NCBI GenBank assembly: GCA_040954595.2
Contig: CM082579.2
Location: 4,329,227-4,393,226, forward strand
Length of the DNA: 64,000 nucleotides
Source: Balanoglossus misakiensis
Taxonomy: Eukaryota > Animalia > Hemichordata
Direction: 5' to 3'
Notes under the pieces: model-generated
The model's input: only the letters and a program-made list of their open reading frames with translations
The model's database searches: none
What the model was told of the DNA's origin: nothing
Translations under genes and position numbers: made by a program
Shown here: piece after piece, positions 23,601 to 34,800 of the stretch
Numbering within the stretch: the first letter of the stretch is position 1
Layout of the letters: every line of letters begins with the position of its first letter

Positions 23601-24341
23601 ACTGCTCTTTTTGTTATTTCTAGGGAGTGTACACAGTACTGCCTGGAGCGGTTGATGTTGGAGTGAGCTTAGTAAGTATCGATATTGATAAAACCATTTT
23701 GTCACGAAAATTTGTCTTTCTGCCTGTCTAAAATATGGTTGCTACCCATACAGGTTATTTTAACAATCAGAAAGATTGAAACCTACCCCATTTCCCCCTT
23801 CCAATGTCAGGTCAGTCGCGGGGCCGAAGCCATTAAAATAAGCAAGACATTTTTCATGAAGCATGCCGACGAACCAGCACTGACCCAGATTAAAATGAGG
23901 GTAAGTTGTACTGAGTACTACATCATATTCAGAAAACGGTGAGCGATCGATCACGTCAGTTGAACAAAATGATGAATGATTTCCTTAGTCAACAGTCATA
24001 TTTACATTTAAGAAAGTACATTCACTTCTAATTTATTAGTATTACTTAACAGCATAAAATGTTTAATTAGTGCCTGCGGAGTTGGCAACAATGTCACCTT
24101 TGAACTCACGAACATTCTGAGAACATAGATAAAATTTATTATCACTAGAGGGGTGACGCTGGATTAATTAAGGTAATGCTTCTGTCTTTCGCAACAGTAT
24201 GAACCTTACCCAAGCCAAGATAAAGTACTGGAAGAGCTAGACATCAGCAACCAATGGGAAGAGTACAAAAACCTTGAATTTAAACGGACCTTGGAAATGC
24301 TGGGAAAGAAGAGGGATGTCAGAACGGATCTGCATGGATAA
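11282..24341 (+). CDS. CNBD2: Cyclic nucleotide-binding domain-containing protein 2-like gene, complete spliced CDS. Exons: first exon 11282-11607 or 13153-13223; then 13640-13775, 15749-15819, 15938-16124, 18064-18138, 20156-20244, 20441-20514, 20697-20755, 20964-21047, 21486-21550, 21659-21742, 21938-21998, 22116-22269, 22420-22559, 23398-23511, 23624-23671, 23811-23900, 24198-24341 (about 581 or 666 aa)
   Basis: All junctions are GT-AG and phase-compatible, giving an open frame to TAA at 24339-24341. CNBD-A motifs: FGRNRVICREGQDPEGLYIVLSGKL, LKKGDKFGEADI, RRSTV, VELFCLHGQDYDEIF. CNBD-B motifs: PGQVIVPDSRENEYIFIVKCGKCDVL, LQAGDCFG, LVSRGAEAIKISK. N-terminal LTFDASKY and C-terminal YPSQDK..WEEYK match CNBD2-family proteins as recalled. 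One-to-one orthology not tested. Confidence 0.88.
13153..13223 (+). CDS. CNBD2-like candidate proximal first coding exon (MAASTSQGYDTDTSDQPSERKWD-R)
   Basis: gccgaccATGG Kozak context, AG|GTGAGA donor in phase 2 matching the exon at 13640. Confidence 0.7.
13640..13775 (+). CDS. CNBD2-like exon (RNAQTSLFEEKRPERRKHMRRLGSTISLTGSESTTDPNDPKADWT)
   Basis: Long poly-T tract plus CTGACAG acceptor, ACG|GTAAGC donor, phase 2 to 0. Confidence 0.85.
15749..16124 (+). CDS. CNBD2-like exons 15749-15819 (PYMRFRRKARVLYLLCTACLAYMK) and 15938-16124 (SASASAMKGSW...LTFDASKYLRFSKRE)
   Basis: CTGCAG and TTTCAG acceptors, GTAAGT and GTACGT donors, phases 0 to 2 to 0. Confidence 0.88.
16581..16652 (+). tRNA. tRNA-His (GTG), intronic
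   Basis: GCCGTGATCGTCTAGTGGTTAGGACATTGCGTTGTGGCCGCAATAACCCAGGTTCGAATCCTGGTCTCGGCA folds as a cloverleaf with A box, GTTCGAATC B box and GTG anticodon. Poly-T terminator at 16689-16696. One U-U mismatch in the acceptor stem. Confidence 0.95.
16689..16696 (+). terminator. RNA polymerase III terminator of tRNA-His
   Basis: T run about 37 nt downstream of the tRNA 3' end. Confidence 0.7.
18064..18138 (+). CDS. CNBD2-like exon (DSIPGKIKEYLRTPSERRSPEVVQN)
   Basis: TCTTACAG acceptor, AAC|GTGAGT donor, 75 nt, phase 0 to 0; resembles the helix that precedes CNBDs. Confidence 0.88.
18353..19244 (-). CDS. Candidate nested antisense gene, about 135 aa, unknown product; exons 19261-19210 (ATG at 19244), 18915-18815, 18624-18352
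   Basis: Three acceptors (TGACTAAATTTGACAG, ATCTTTCTCTTAG, CCTTCCTTTCAG) and three donors (GTAAGT, GTATGC, GTAAGC) join in phase (2, then 1) into one open frame ending in TAA at 18355-18353. Confidence 0.5.
19138..19151. promoter_or_regulatory. RFX X-box-like site
   Basis: GTCTCCATGGCGAC, inside the first intron of the nested antisense candidate. Confidence 0.4.
20156..21550 (+). CDS. CNBD2-like exons encoding CNBD-A (20156-20244, 20441-20514, 20697-20755, 20964-21047, 21486-21550)
   Basis: Canonical splice sites, compatible phases, cNMP-binding beta-barrel motifs with an FGE...R phosphate-binding cassette. Confidence 0.92.
20299..20349. repeat. Compound tetranucleotide microsatellite (TTGG/TGGA/TAGA)
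   Basis: Directly visible. Confidence 0.85.
20534..20663. repeat. Compound trinucleotide microsatellite (GTT/GGT)n-(GAT)26
   Basis: Directly visible; pure GAT tract at 20586-20663. Confidence 0.97.
21659..24341 (+). CDS. CNBD2-like exons encoding CNBD-B and the C-terminus (21659-21742, 21938-21998, 22116-22269, 22420-22559, 23398-23511, 23624-23671, 23811-23900, 24198-24341)
   Basis: Canonical splice sites, compatible phases, stop TAA at 24339-24341. Confidence 0.92.
22837..22848 (+). CDS. Candidate 12-nt microexon (TLDE) of the CNBD2-like gene
   Basis: TTACTTTTTTCCTCACTGCATGACAG|ACGCTGGATGAG|GTAGCT; frame-preserving between phase-0 exons; donor is weak. Confidence 0.4.
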
Positions 24342-24699
24342 TTTCTTTCTTTTTTTGAGAATGGGGGGGGGGGGGGGAGGGGTGGAGCAATTTATTTTTT
24401 TGTTTGTTGTAACATTATGACATTACAGGCGGCAAACTATTTCGGTTGCTTACACTTGTCACGGTCCACTGGCATAATGAGCTTATATTTTCAGATTGTT
24501 AAACATCGTTTTATGTATTTTATTGTACAAAGGATTTTGAAGTTAATTTTTCACGGGAAATAGTTTTGTATTGAGGGGAAATGAACACACAGCGTTGTTT
24601 CAAGAGCACACAGAATTTTCTCTAAAACTATGCAATATATACAGTTTGACTTTCGTGTTTTTGATATATTTACATGTTAACAGTATAACTCATTATAGC

Positions 24700-24705
24700 A
24701 ATAAA
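24700..24705 (+). promoter_or_regulatory. Likely polyadenylation signal of the CNBD2-like gene
   Basis: AATAAA about 360 nt after the stop codon, in AT-rich 3' UTR-like sequence. Confidence 0.55.
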
Positions 24706-25701
24706 GTTGAATTTTGTGAACTCAAAATGGCGTGCTGCATTTTCAACACATCTTGAAAGATTGAAAATGGTAAAAAGTCACAATAACAATGTTATTATAG
24801 CTTTTATAGTTATTGTTGATACATGTAAGTGAATTGCCCCCCCCCCCTCCCAACAGAAACGCGGGTATGTCACGTTACTGTTAATAGCGCCCCCTAGAAG
24901 CAAAATCACACGAATACTTCTGTTTTTATACATCTGCGAACACGGATGGAAATGTTACAAACGTATCGAGGCATCATTAATTTTGATTTGGAACTCACTG
25001 AATGACAGATTACCTCATGCTAAACCAGGTTGGCTTTTCCACCAAGGCAGCATTAATTCTGTGGTAGTTGTCTGGAAAATGGCTCTCAATTAAATACACC
25101 ACTTAAGAGCACAGAAAATGCTTTAATTAACAAGATACCATGCCTTGTGGCAAAATGATACAATTTTTAGTTTTTGACTGATGTCAAGTGAGTTGCCCTC
25201 AGTGTAGTTTGACATTCCCCTTTGAACTGACAGCGGTGAATTAAAACAAAGCTGAAACATGAATGATGTAATGCCAATCACCTGAGGTTGAACAGACCAT
25301 TTCTTGAAAATTAGCTTTACTCTGATGAATTAAGAATAAAAAAATGAGCTTGCATTGAGTGGGATGCATCTTCCTCAACCACAACCCTCTGGGAATATTT
25401 GGATTTATTTTCATGCGTGATTGAACTACATGTAATGTCTTTATTAAAGTCTGTTCACAGCCATGATAAAGTAACTTACAACAGAAAAAAAAACGTAGAA
25501 AGGAAAATAATGAAAACGACCTGCATTTTATTAAATGTAAATTTATCACAAACAGAAAATTTCAAGCTCTAAACAAAGTAATGTCAGTGTGTGAGCTCAA
25601 GAGAGCGCAATACACATTGACTCTAAATCTTGAATCTTCACAGTGGATTCTGACTGTTATGTTGGGTGCATGTACTCTGTGTGCGTTGGTTAAGCATTGA
25701 T

Positions 25702-25847
25702 TCAACGCTGTAGCGAGAAGATTGCCACTTGGAGAATAGGTACAATCTTCAGGCTGGTCAGATCGGCGAGAACTGCGTCGGCACCCTGCAGCGAGGTCAC
25801 CTCCATGAGATTAGCGCGACGAAACGCAAATATTGCCATTGCCATGA
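25702..25847 (-). CDS. TBC1D19: TBC1D19 last coding exon (VMAMAIFAFRR...FSLQR*)
   Basis: TCTCTCCCTCCAG acceptor, TGA stop at 25704-25702; - strand AATAAA signals near 25530 and 25443. Confidence 0.93.
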
Positions 25848-28800
25848 CTGGAGGGAGAGAAATGAATTAAAAAATGAAATATTAACAAAAATGATAATTA
25901 TTATCTCGGCTTGTTTTGTTATCAGTTTTGTGTTGTTGTTTTTCCTGGAGGGATTATGATGTGTGACAGAATGAATGCTGCTGTGATGTTGAATGCGTTC
26001 ATTAATTATGCATGCGTCTGGGAATTCAACACACCCTCTGCCTGGTTGACAAAATTTGATAGCACGGAGAGTGTCTTTATACTATAAACATTGCCTTGAA
26101 CACACCATTTTCATATTTCTTTCAAATCCAGAAATGCAGACCATGACTTCGAGGCAGACAATCCATCAATGCATCTTGCATTCACAGACTTATATATGGC
26201 TGTATGTACGTGATCAAGTCAAGCAAGTTTTTTGCATATCTAGGGGTTCTGAGAGAACTATCTTCAGTCATCTTTTATAGAAGTTGTGATGAAACTTTTG
26301 ATGATGAGGCTTGTTACTCTCATGAATGAATTCGCAACAACATCGTACAGACTAAGAAAACTACCAAGTTCCTTCCCTCGACATGCAACAGCATGTTCCA
26401 CTTCCTTGTAAACATAAAACGGGAATGACAGTTTCAAATTGCCACAATTGGCGCAAAATCACAATCTAATTGCGACAACTTCTGGCCCTGAATGTCGCAA
26501 TTAACGTCTCATCTGTGTGCACATGTAGATCGATGACGTCTGTTATCGACACTGACCGCAGTCTTGTGGACAAATGTTGCCACTGTACCGGAAAAAATTA
26601 ATTTATTACAGTCAAAGTAAAGTGATGTAAACATATTGGCTTTGAAAGAAACTCTTCAGGGGTCTTGTCAGCTGGCAAAAACACCCACCAATTCCTGGGT
26701 AGGCACAGTGGGTAACAGAGTTTTTGTAAATCTAAAAAAATACTTTGTGTCAAAATTGGCAATTTCCCCTGAGGGGCGACTGCACAGTTGTAGTAATTCT
26801 GATAAAAACAGCGCTGATAACCTCATTTATATCTTCAACTAGCTTTTTGAGGCAGCGCAGATGATCAATTGACAAATTATTTGAGTCACACTTCTTAAAT
26901 CAACCGATCTTGAAGTGGTTTTCACTCTACTACAATTTTGAAGGACTTCCTGTGGGTATGAAACTGGGATTAAAGAACATCTGAAGTATGCCGCTCTTAT
27001 ATCTAACTTTCAATCTCATATTTTATAAATGAAATTTGCATTTCGTAAATTCTCCATAGCAACCTTTGCTAAGCAACTTGAATCCTATGGTGTCACCTTA
27101 AGATGCACAAAATATGTCCTGACAAATCTCGCTCCAATGGCCATGAAATACCGGTATACGTCAAATAAATCCTGATAAAAATTGCTGTGTATTTAAGGTC
27201 TCCCTTCAGACATTTGCTTTTGAAACAAACCAGTAAAATCAAAACATATGGGCAACACTCTGATCCCTGACTCAAAGGCTAATGTCTCGGGATCTGCAAC
27301 ATCTGACGCATGGATTATTTTCTCTCCTACTTTTCGAGCATTAATGGAAGAGTTTCTTTTCAAGAGTTCATCTAGGGTCACACCGAGGGCAAAGTTTAGT
27401 CTGAAAAGTGTCTACCCCTGTTTTTAGACTTTAACCTCTGGGGCATAATTTAGCAAACAGTCCCTCGTCAAAATCGGTCTCCTTGCTAAATCAACCTATT
27501 TCCTCGTGGATGTGATCTAGCTTTTGGCTGCCATTTGTGAACCATTAAATATGTTAATGAATTTGACATGAATTGGTTCTTTGGAAAGTGGGGCACCAGT
27601 AACCGTAATTTTTTATGATTTCAAAATGGACTATTTTATACTTTTATTGAGCCATGTACAGTAAGAACAAGACAATTCACTTTGAGGAGACTATAGGATT
27701 GATGTTTAAATAGGAGTATATTGGCAAATGCTTTCATTATTTTTTTATTCAGTCTGAGAATTTTATGTTGTGGAGTCAGCCAAGAGCAGTTTACTACATT
27801 GCTTGCAGACACCATGCTCACCATGTAGTCTAAAACTGTAGCAAACTGCACCAGTTCTGGAGACGTTCTAGGTGAGATTTACAGTGCAACTGTGAAATAT
27901 TGGACAAATTGAGTGGCTATAATGAAGAAAAATATGCCTCCTCCTCCAAAATATCCCACAGTGACAATGATAGGGTTTTCACAGTACCGCAATTTTAGGT
28001 CAGTGGAAAGTGGTTGAAAGTGCACTGATGCCCGTAGAAACATTTGATTTAGCAATGACACTTGCCTAGCAGCCATAGTTTTTTTTCTGTTGTTTGGGGA
28101 ATCTATCCAATTAGAGAGGCTGGCGACTGCTGTAGGGCAAAACGCTCCAGCTTGCAAGAAAGAAATGCTTCCATTTACTTTCAATTGCTCTGGAGTAAAT
28201 TAAGTATTCCCCAATCCATGTTTTATATTTTGAAGCAATGTTTGTACGTGGCATGTACATGTATCTTCTGTGTTTGAGCATGCTGTGTTGCGATGAAAAG
28301 CAAAATTTCAAACATAGTTTTCATCCAGAATGTTATAGTGAGGGGAGGAGAGTCTTCTTCACGCAATATTCACGGAATTTAAAATGAGTTTTATCTGTTA
28401 CGTAGGCTGCCTTTCCCATTGTGCCGAATTGCACAAGCCTGCTCAATCTGTCTGTAAAGCTGGAACACAACAACAAAGGTCTGTGGAGAAACTCACACAA
28501 TGTAATCAGACAAAAATGCACAGACCTGGCAATATCTCCAGCGAGTTGTACGCCAGGATTCTATCCCATAATAGCAGCAGTTGATCGCTCGCCAGGAAGC
28601 CAGAAAAGGCTCTCATCAACCACTTGAATGCTATCTTCAAACTGAGGGAAAAGATTGTGAAAAAGGCATCGGTGATATGAGACGCACGCGATACCGCCGC
28701 TCAAGTGGGGGCCATTATAATACACTCTTATCAGATCCCGCAACGGTAGCGGCAGCTGGCTTTGCAAGGCTAGCGTCTATCTCCGCATAAAAGCCCACTT

Positions 28801-31800
28801 GAAACAGGTGTTGATGTTCCTAAAACTGATAGCAAAGAATTTTCAATGGGTCTGTTTTTAAACGGACTGATAGCCCAGACAGACGGCTGGTAATTCATAT
28901 TGCGGGGGGAAAATTCAGTGTTTTGTTCACAGAAAAAATACCTTGCCTAACTAGCAAATACTTCACAACACTGAGACGAAAACAGTGCCTGTAACATTCA
29001 ATAAACTACCCTCTCAGCAAAACCAACATTAATTCTTTCCACCCTCCAATTTTTTCAGTGAAAAAAATTGGTGGATCTTAGCATTCTATTGAGACACCGT
29101 GGTTACAATGGATTATTCAGAATCAACACAGTGCTAACTAAGACAGACTACTGGTTAACCAGGTATTACATGTATGTACTCAGAGGCTAACTTGGCTGTG
29201 ATTATACTTACGGCTGTGCTCCGACCTCTCTCAAGTGGTAGAACAGCTGTGGTTGGTGTGTTTGAAGCAAAGATTCAAACAAAATGCACAGTGAAACGAT
29301 ACCCTGTCACAAGAACAACAACAACATTATGATTAACAATACAGTGAAACCTGTCATTACGGAAACCTCTCTAATCAGGACACCTCTCTATTAAGGACAT
29401 ATTTTTTAGTCCCAAAAGTGTCCTTAATAGGCAGGTTTTATCATCATGTAACTCAGAGTTCGCTGAGGCTGAAATATATACAGTTGTTATAGGGTGATTG
29501 TTGATAATACTAGCAGGCAAAACTATGATTACAGTTGGCCCACCAGCTTCAGCTAAGTTTCAACACACCATGAACATTACTTTCTCAGAAGTTTTCTGCC
29601 TCAGGGAGGATGGGGCTCCCAAATGAATGAACCCAGAGTATTCAACGCTGACCTACTCGCCGGTTTGAAATCCTCACATCACGACATGCATTATAAATCG
29701 TCATTGTAACTGCATCATTTGCTGTTAGCTAGGCTTGACATTGCCGAGACGAAATGACTTAAAGGAATGACATATATTCTCTCAGACATCTTTTCCCTGT
29801 CAGCTACATGTAGCATCTCCAAAGAGTGAGCCAGCGTAATTTCAGCGTGCGTTATTCATCTCAAAATGCTAAATCTCAGAGTCGTGTCTGAAGTGGGCTA
29901 AACTTGATAAAAAAAAATTCTCCCTGAGCCATGCTTATCGCCTGTCTCTCCTTAGAACTTCTCTGCTGAAGTCATATCACTGAGAAAACGAAAAGCTATC
30001 AAACCCCCTCCCGGGTATTTCTTTAATCGGCCAGCTACACACATGTACTACCAATGTCTCTTTTCTTCATAAAAAAAACTTGAAAGCGATAATCTACATC
30101 ATGCCTCTCGTAGAACGCTGACCTCTAAGTGACAATGACACAGATTGTATGAAAAAAAACTGTGACTCACCTGAGGATGAGAAGAGATATTGTGTAATCT
30201 GAAGAAATATCTCATGTACATTTCCCTGAAGACGTGGTAGAGTTTGACTGAATCATGATAGACGTAACACAACGGAGCCACTGAAACAGACAACCGAAAC
30301 GAGCGCGCGCGCCCATCAGATAACGACGGACATTATGAGTTCATATTGCTTTCACTCTTAGGAAATATTGTCTTCACATCTCAAAGTCATCACTGATTAC
30401 CCTCATCGCCGTGTAGTGGGATTTGTTCCGACTGATGACGTCTTAACCCTAAATTGCCCCTGCCATTTTTTTTCTCTTCTCTCTTTTTCATTTCTCCATC
30501 ACGGCGGGGGGATAAGCTGCTTGACTTTGATGCAATCACAGAGGGCAGCTTACGATTGACGCACGAAAGTAAATAGGGCAATGCGGTCGCGTACATAGGT
30601 TGGGCATTCCACACTTTTTGGCAACAGTTGTGAATTTTTCTTTGTTGGTTCACGGAATGCATCAGTTGGTCATGTAGCAGTTGGTGATCACGATTAATTC
30701 TGAATCGGTACACAGCATGTACAGTTGTCATCAAAATGACAGACAGTTTGTGGTGTCATAGTTGTTAAATCAAAGGGTGTATGAAGTACATGTAAGTGAT
30801 GATATCAGAATATTCATGGATGCTGCATGTGGAATTTTTCAAATAATTTCAAATCTTTAGTTCAGAGACCAATATTAATGTTCATACATGTACATGTAGC
30901 TCCTAATGTACACTGTCTGACATGACATCAATTTCAAGAGCCTCTTAACTTTAAGGTAATTAAAATTTTAAAGTTTGAAAGTCATGGAATTATTGTGCAA
31001 AAAGTGGCAGCCCGTGGGCTTATCCCGGCGGACGCATTCAATTCAGAAGCACGCCCACGCACAGATTACATGTACTTACCGTACATGGCAAAACCATGGA
31101 ATGGGATCACACCATTGGGCGGGTAGACGACGCCAAACTCTTCAATGCCAAGCTTGCCTTGTGGGCGAAAGAGAGAAAAAACAGATTTTGAAAGGATTCT
31201 TAAAACAGCAAATCTGTGTTACGCCAGTAAACAGGCCAATAAGTATGGCTAAGGGGTGTGTTTGCGATTGACATAAGTCGTTTATAAGGTTGAGACTGAA
31301 GCCTTGAACTTGTACATGACTTACAACACTTAGTCAAATCCTCTTAGCCTTTATACAGGACTTGGTGAGTTGACTGAGAAATGTTTCTAGAGACTCCACT
31401 GCTTGAAACAGAACTGCCTGTATTTATGAAATGTGTGATACAATTTGACATTCTACATGTATTTCAATTTGAGACTTTCTTGATATGATATGATACACAC
31501 CTCTGATGTACGACTTCGCCGGGGTAGCAGAACTGTTCGCAAAATGTTTAAGGACCTGCGTATCCCTGGAGAAGACCAACAGCACTTGATAGAGGTAATC
31601 TTCAAACACGAAGTAGTTATCGTCATTGGTCGCTGTCAGCTTAACGTCCTACAAGAAAAACCAAAACAAATGAAATTCTCAGGTTGAGAATTTTGGGTAC
31701 ACACTTCAGGGACAGATTTTCAGAGAAAAAAAAACGTACCGGTATATTAAAGTGTGTGAGACGTCTTTTTGAAACTACAGTCGTTAATATTCAACCCAAG

Positions 31801-34800
31801 GCAAAACAGGCAATTCTGGACATTCTTGAAAACAAATGGCTAACATCCAACTTTTTTTATACTGTACTAAAAATAAAAAAAACATCCACACAAACTTTAA
31901 TACTGTCACGACTTCAATTTTTCTACTTTTTCTGCAGACTACTGTGGAAGAGTTATGATCAGAGAGACCATCAGGGAGGATATACGCAGGAGACAAAATG
32001 CACCATGTCACACAATGTCAACTAATAACACATCATTTTCCTTCCATTAAGACTCACAGACTCAATTACTGCAGAGACATGAATTATGTGAAAATCAGTA
32101 TCAACGTGGTGTGTTGTCTCAAAAATCAATCATAAACCCACATACGCACTGGAACATTATTCTCTCCCATTTGAGACAACCTATTAAAAGAAATCAAAGG
32201 CCAACGTACAATTATGTAAATTATCTCAAACTCGCAATTCTTTATAGACGAAACTGCAGTCTCAGAACAACAGTCTACTAAATTTACCAATCGTTATTAT
32301 CAGATATGATCTGCCCAATTTTTGATTTCAAAGCGGTGTCACACATACAGAGAATACGGCAAACAACAGAAAGATCCCAAGGACCATGTACCAGGCTTTG
32401 AGGTGCTACACAGACCTATAAACAAACGACACTTTGGAGCGTTTTAATGCCAGTTACAGTCTGTGAATTGGAACGCAACCGAGATCTGCACTGCCTTGTA
32501 ATGTCACAGATCCCTTCCTGTAAATACCTTTAAATGTTCACGTCACTACGCACACACTTCGATGCTTTCAGAGGAAATGTCCGTGAAAGTAAAGTTAAAC
32601 AAGAAACACAATCATTACTGACGTAACGCTGGGTGAAAAAAAAATGAACGTATGTCGAGACAAGTGTCTGAAGGCCGAACAGTTGTCTGATGAATTCAAC
32701 TGCTCACAGAAGTGGCTGCAGATGTGTGCGATGTCATCAGCTTGGTATTATCACCATACTTTTGTTTCCATTAACGGTCGTAATTTTAACAGATGTCATG
32801 TGACCTGCTGCTTTTTTGATAAAATATGGTAAAACTCACAAAGTAGAAGGAATAATTTACCATGTACATACTTCAAATTGTTACACACAAGACTCTACAG
32901 CAATTTGGGGAGATTTTTGTGTTTACTTGGAAATGCCAACGACAGGTAAATGGGCATGTGGGAGAGCTGAAAGCAATCCAATCTCATCCCTGCCAACGAT
33001 CCCAGAGAAGTTAAAATGTACACTGCAGGGGAACATCATCTGACTGGCTCTCCAAGTTAATATGGAAGGTGGATTTTTCAGGAAGTACGCAGGATTAAAA
33101 TGTAAAACCACCTGAGATACATCAAGCTGAAGTTTAGGACAACCACACATGCAGTTCATTGGTTTAATACGCTGAGGATAATACACCTGCACCCTTTTTT
33201 CACTGGCCAACTCTCAAGCATTAACAATAATAGGCAGATTATCTTAAATTCATAATGGGGCAATCTGCGTTTGTGACTATTACAAATAATCAAAGTTTTC
33301 GACCCCTCTGCCCACATATATCATGATACACTCCTTGATGGCAGTGTAGCCGATGAAAGGTTAAATGTGAAATTTAAAGAGGACAATATAACTCTCTAAC
33401 AAGAGACGAGACATAATTAAATAAATAAAAAATACACAGATGGTACAATGGCTTTTTCCAACATGACATATCCCGCTCCTAATTAACACACGTCATTGAC
33501 CTCTAGCGACCTGTGGAAACCTACGAACACTGAATACTGTGTAAGCCATGAAATGCTACAGTTTCTATGGCAACCAGACTGAAATAGAAATGAGTCGGCT
33601 TGTCTGATACAGGTACACCAGTATGGTATCTTCATTGACAAATGATCTAATGTGAAGGCTGGGGCTTTTGGTTGAAAGCCACTTCACTGTAAAAGGTTCA
33701 GTTTTGGGAGATTTAGATGTCCACCTGGAGCGATTGTCTTGTGATTAAACCGCACCACTACGATTCAGAATTCAAACTGCTACTGTGTGTGCTTGTTCGA
33801 ACTTTACTTTCTCTAGAGTAACCACCTCTGTTTGAATTCTGCATTGTACAGGTCCCAAAACACATTTTTAACGCACAAAGACAAGGCTGAAAGACACTAC
33901 CCATCAAAATGCTTGACTCTGATAGGCTGAAAGTAATCAACTGACATTTGCATAAGACATCATTAGCATATCACCGTGGATGGAGCTACTCTGGGTGTCT
34001 TTCAAAAGTGAGTAATAGACTCGAGACATGGATGGATTTAACGAGAAAATAGAAGATTTCCATCTGTGTAATGCTTGGAATAGTTTTAATTATAGAAAAT
34101 GGCTGTTTTGGAAACAGTGTGAACGATCGCGATGAAAGGAAGACCGCCAGAACCTTGACACGAAACCTCATTTCTTAATCACCTTCTGGCGAATTCAACC
34201 GAGGTGGCAGATGGGTTCAATCGCGACAAAAATCCTCCTTTAAAAAAGTTTTTGTTTCCTTAAAAAGCTGCATCAAAGGAAATCTGCTCCGATGAATGCT
34301 AAGTACTTTTTCAGATTAAGCTTCGGCAGAAACAGAGGTCCGAAACGGTGATGGTTCCTTAATAGGGGGAGAAACGCGCCCCAGACACGGCGGCGCCAGA
34401 CACTCCCAGTCGGCCATTTCTCGCATTGAGAGCGCGACGGCCTAATCAGAGACAATTAACCTATGTCCCCACTAACTCCCATTCTATTATGCCACCTCTT
34501 TGTTGTTATTCACAGAAAATACAGATCAAAATTACACCCGGGAAATGGCTTACATAGTGGCATGTCAGCATGTAATTAAAGTGTTAGAAAATACTTTACC
34601 GCCAGTTTATTAAAGAAAAAAAACTTATTTGTGGAACTTGCAAGAGGACATGTAGTATAGTGACGGCATTAAAATGATATCATCAGTCTTTCCAAAGTAA
34701 TCAAATTCATCTCTCATCATTCTCACATTTTGAATAATTCATGAATAAAAAAATACAAGACACACTATATAATAGTAAAATCAAACGTAAAATTAAGCAT

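Noticed and set aside
26880-27640. TTAA-bounded segments resembling non-autonomous DNA transposons (also near 60601 and 63566)
   Set aside because: Terminal inverted repeats could not be paired and no second copy was found in the window; needs a repeat-library search
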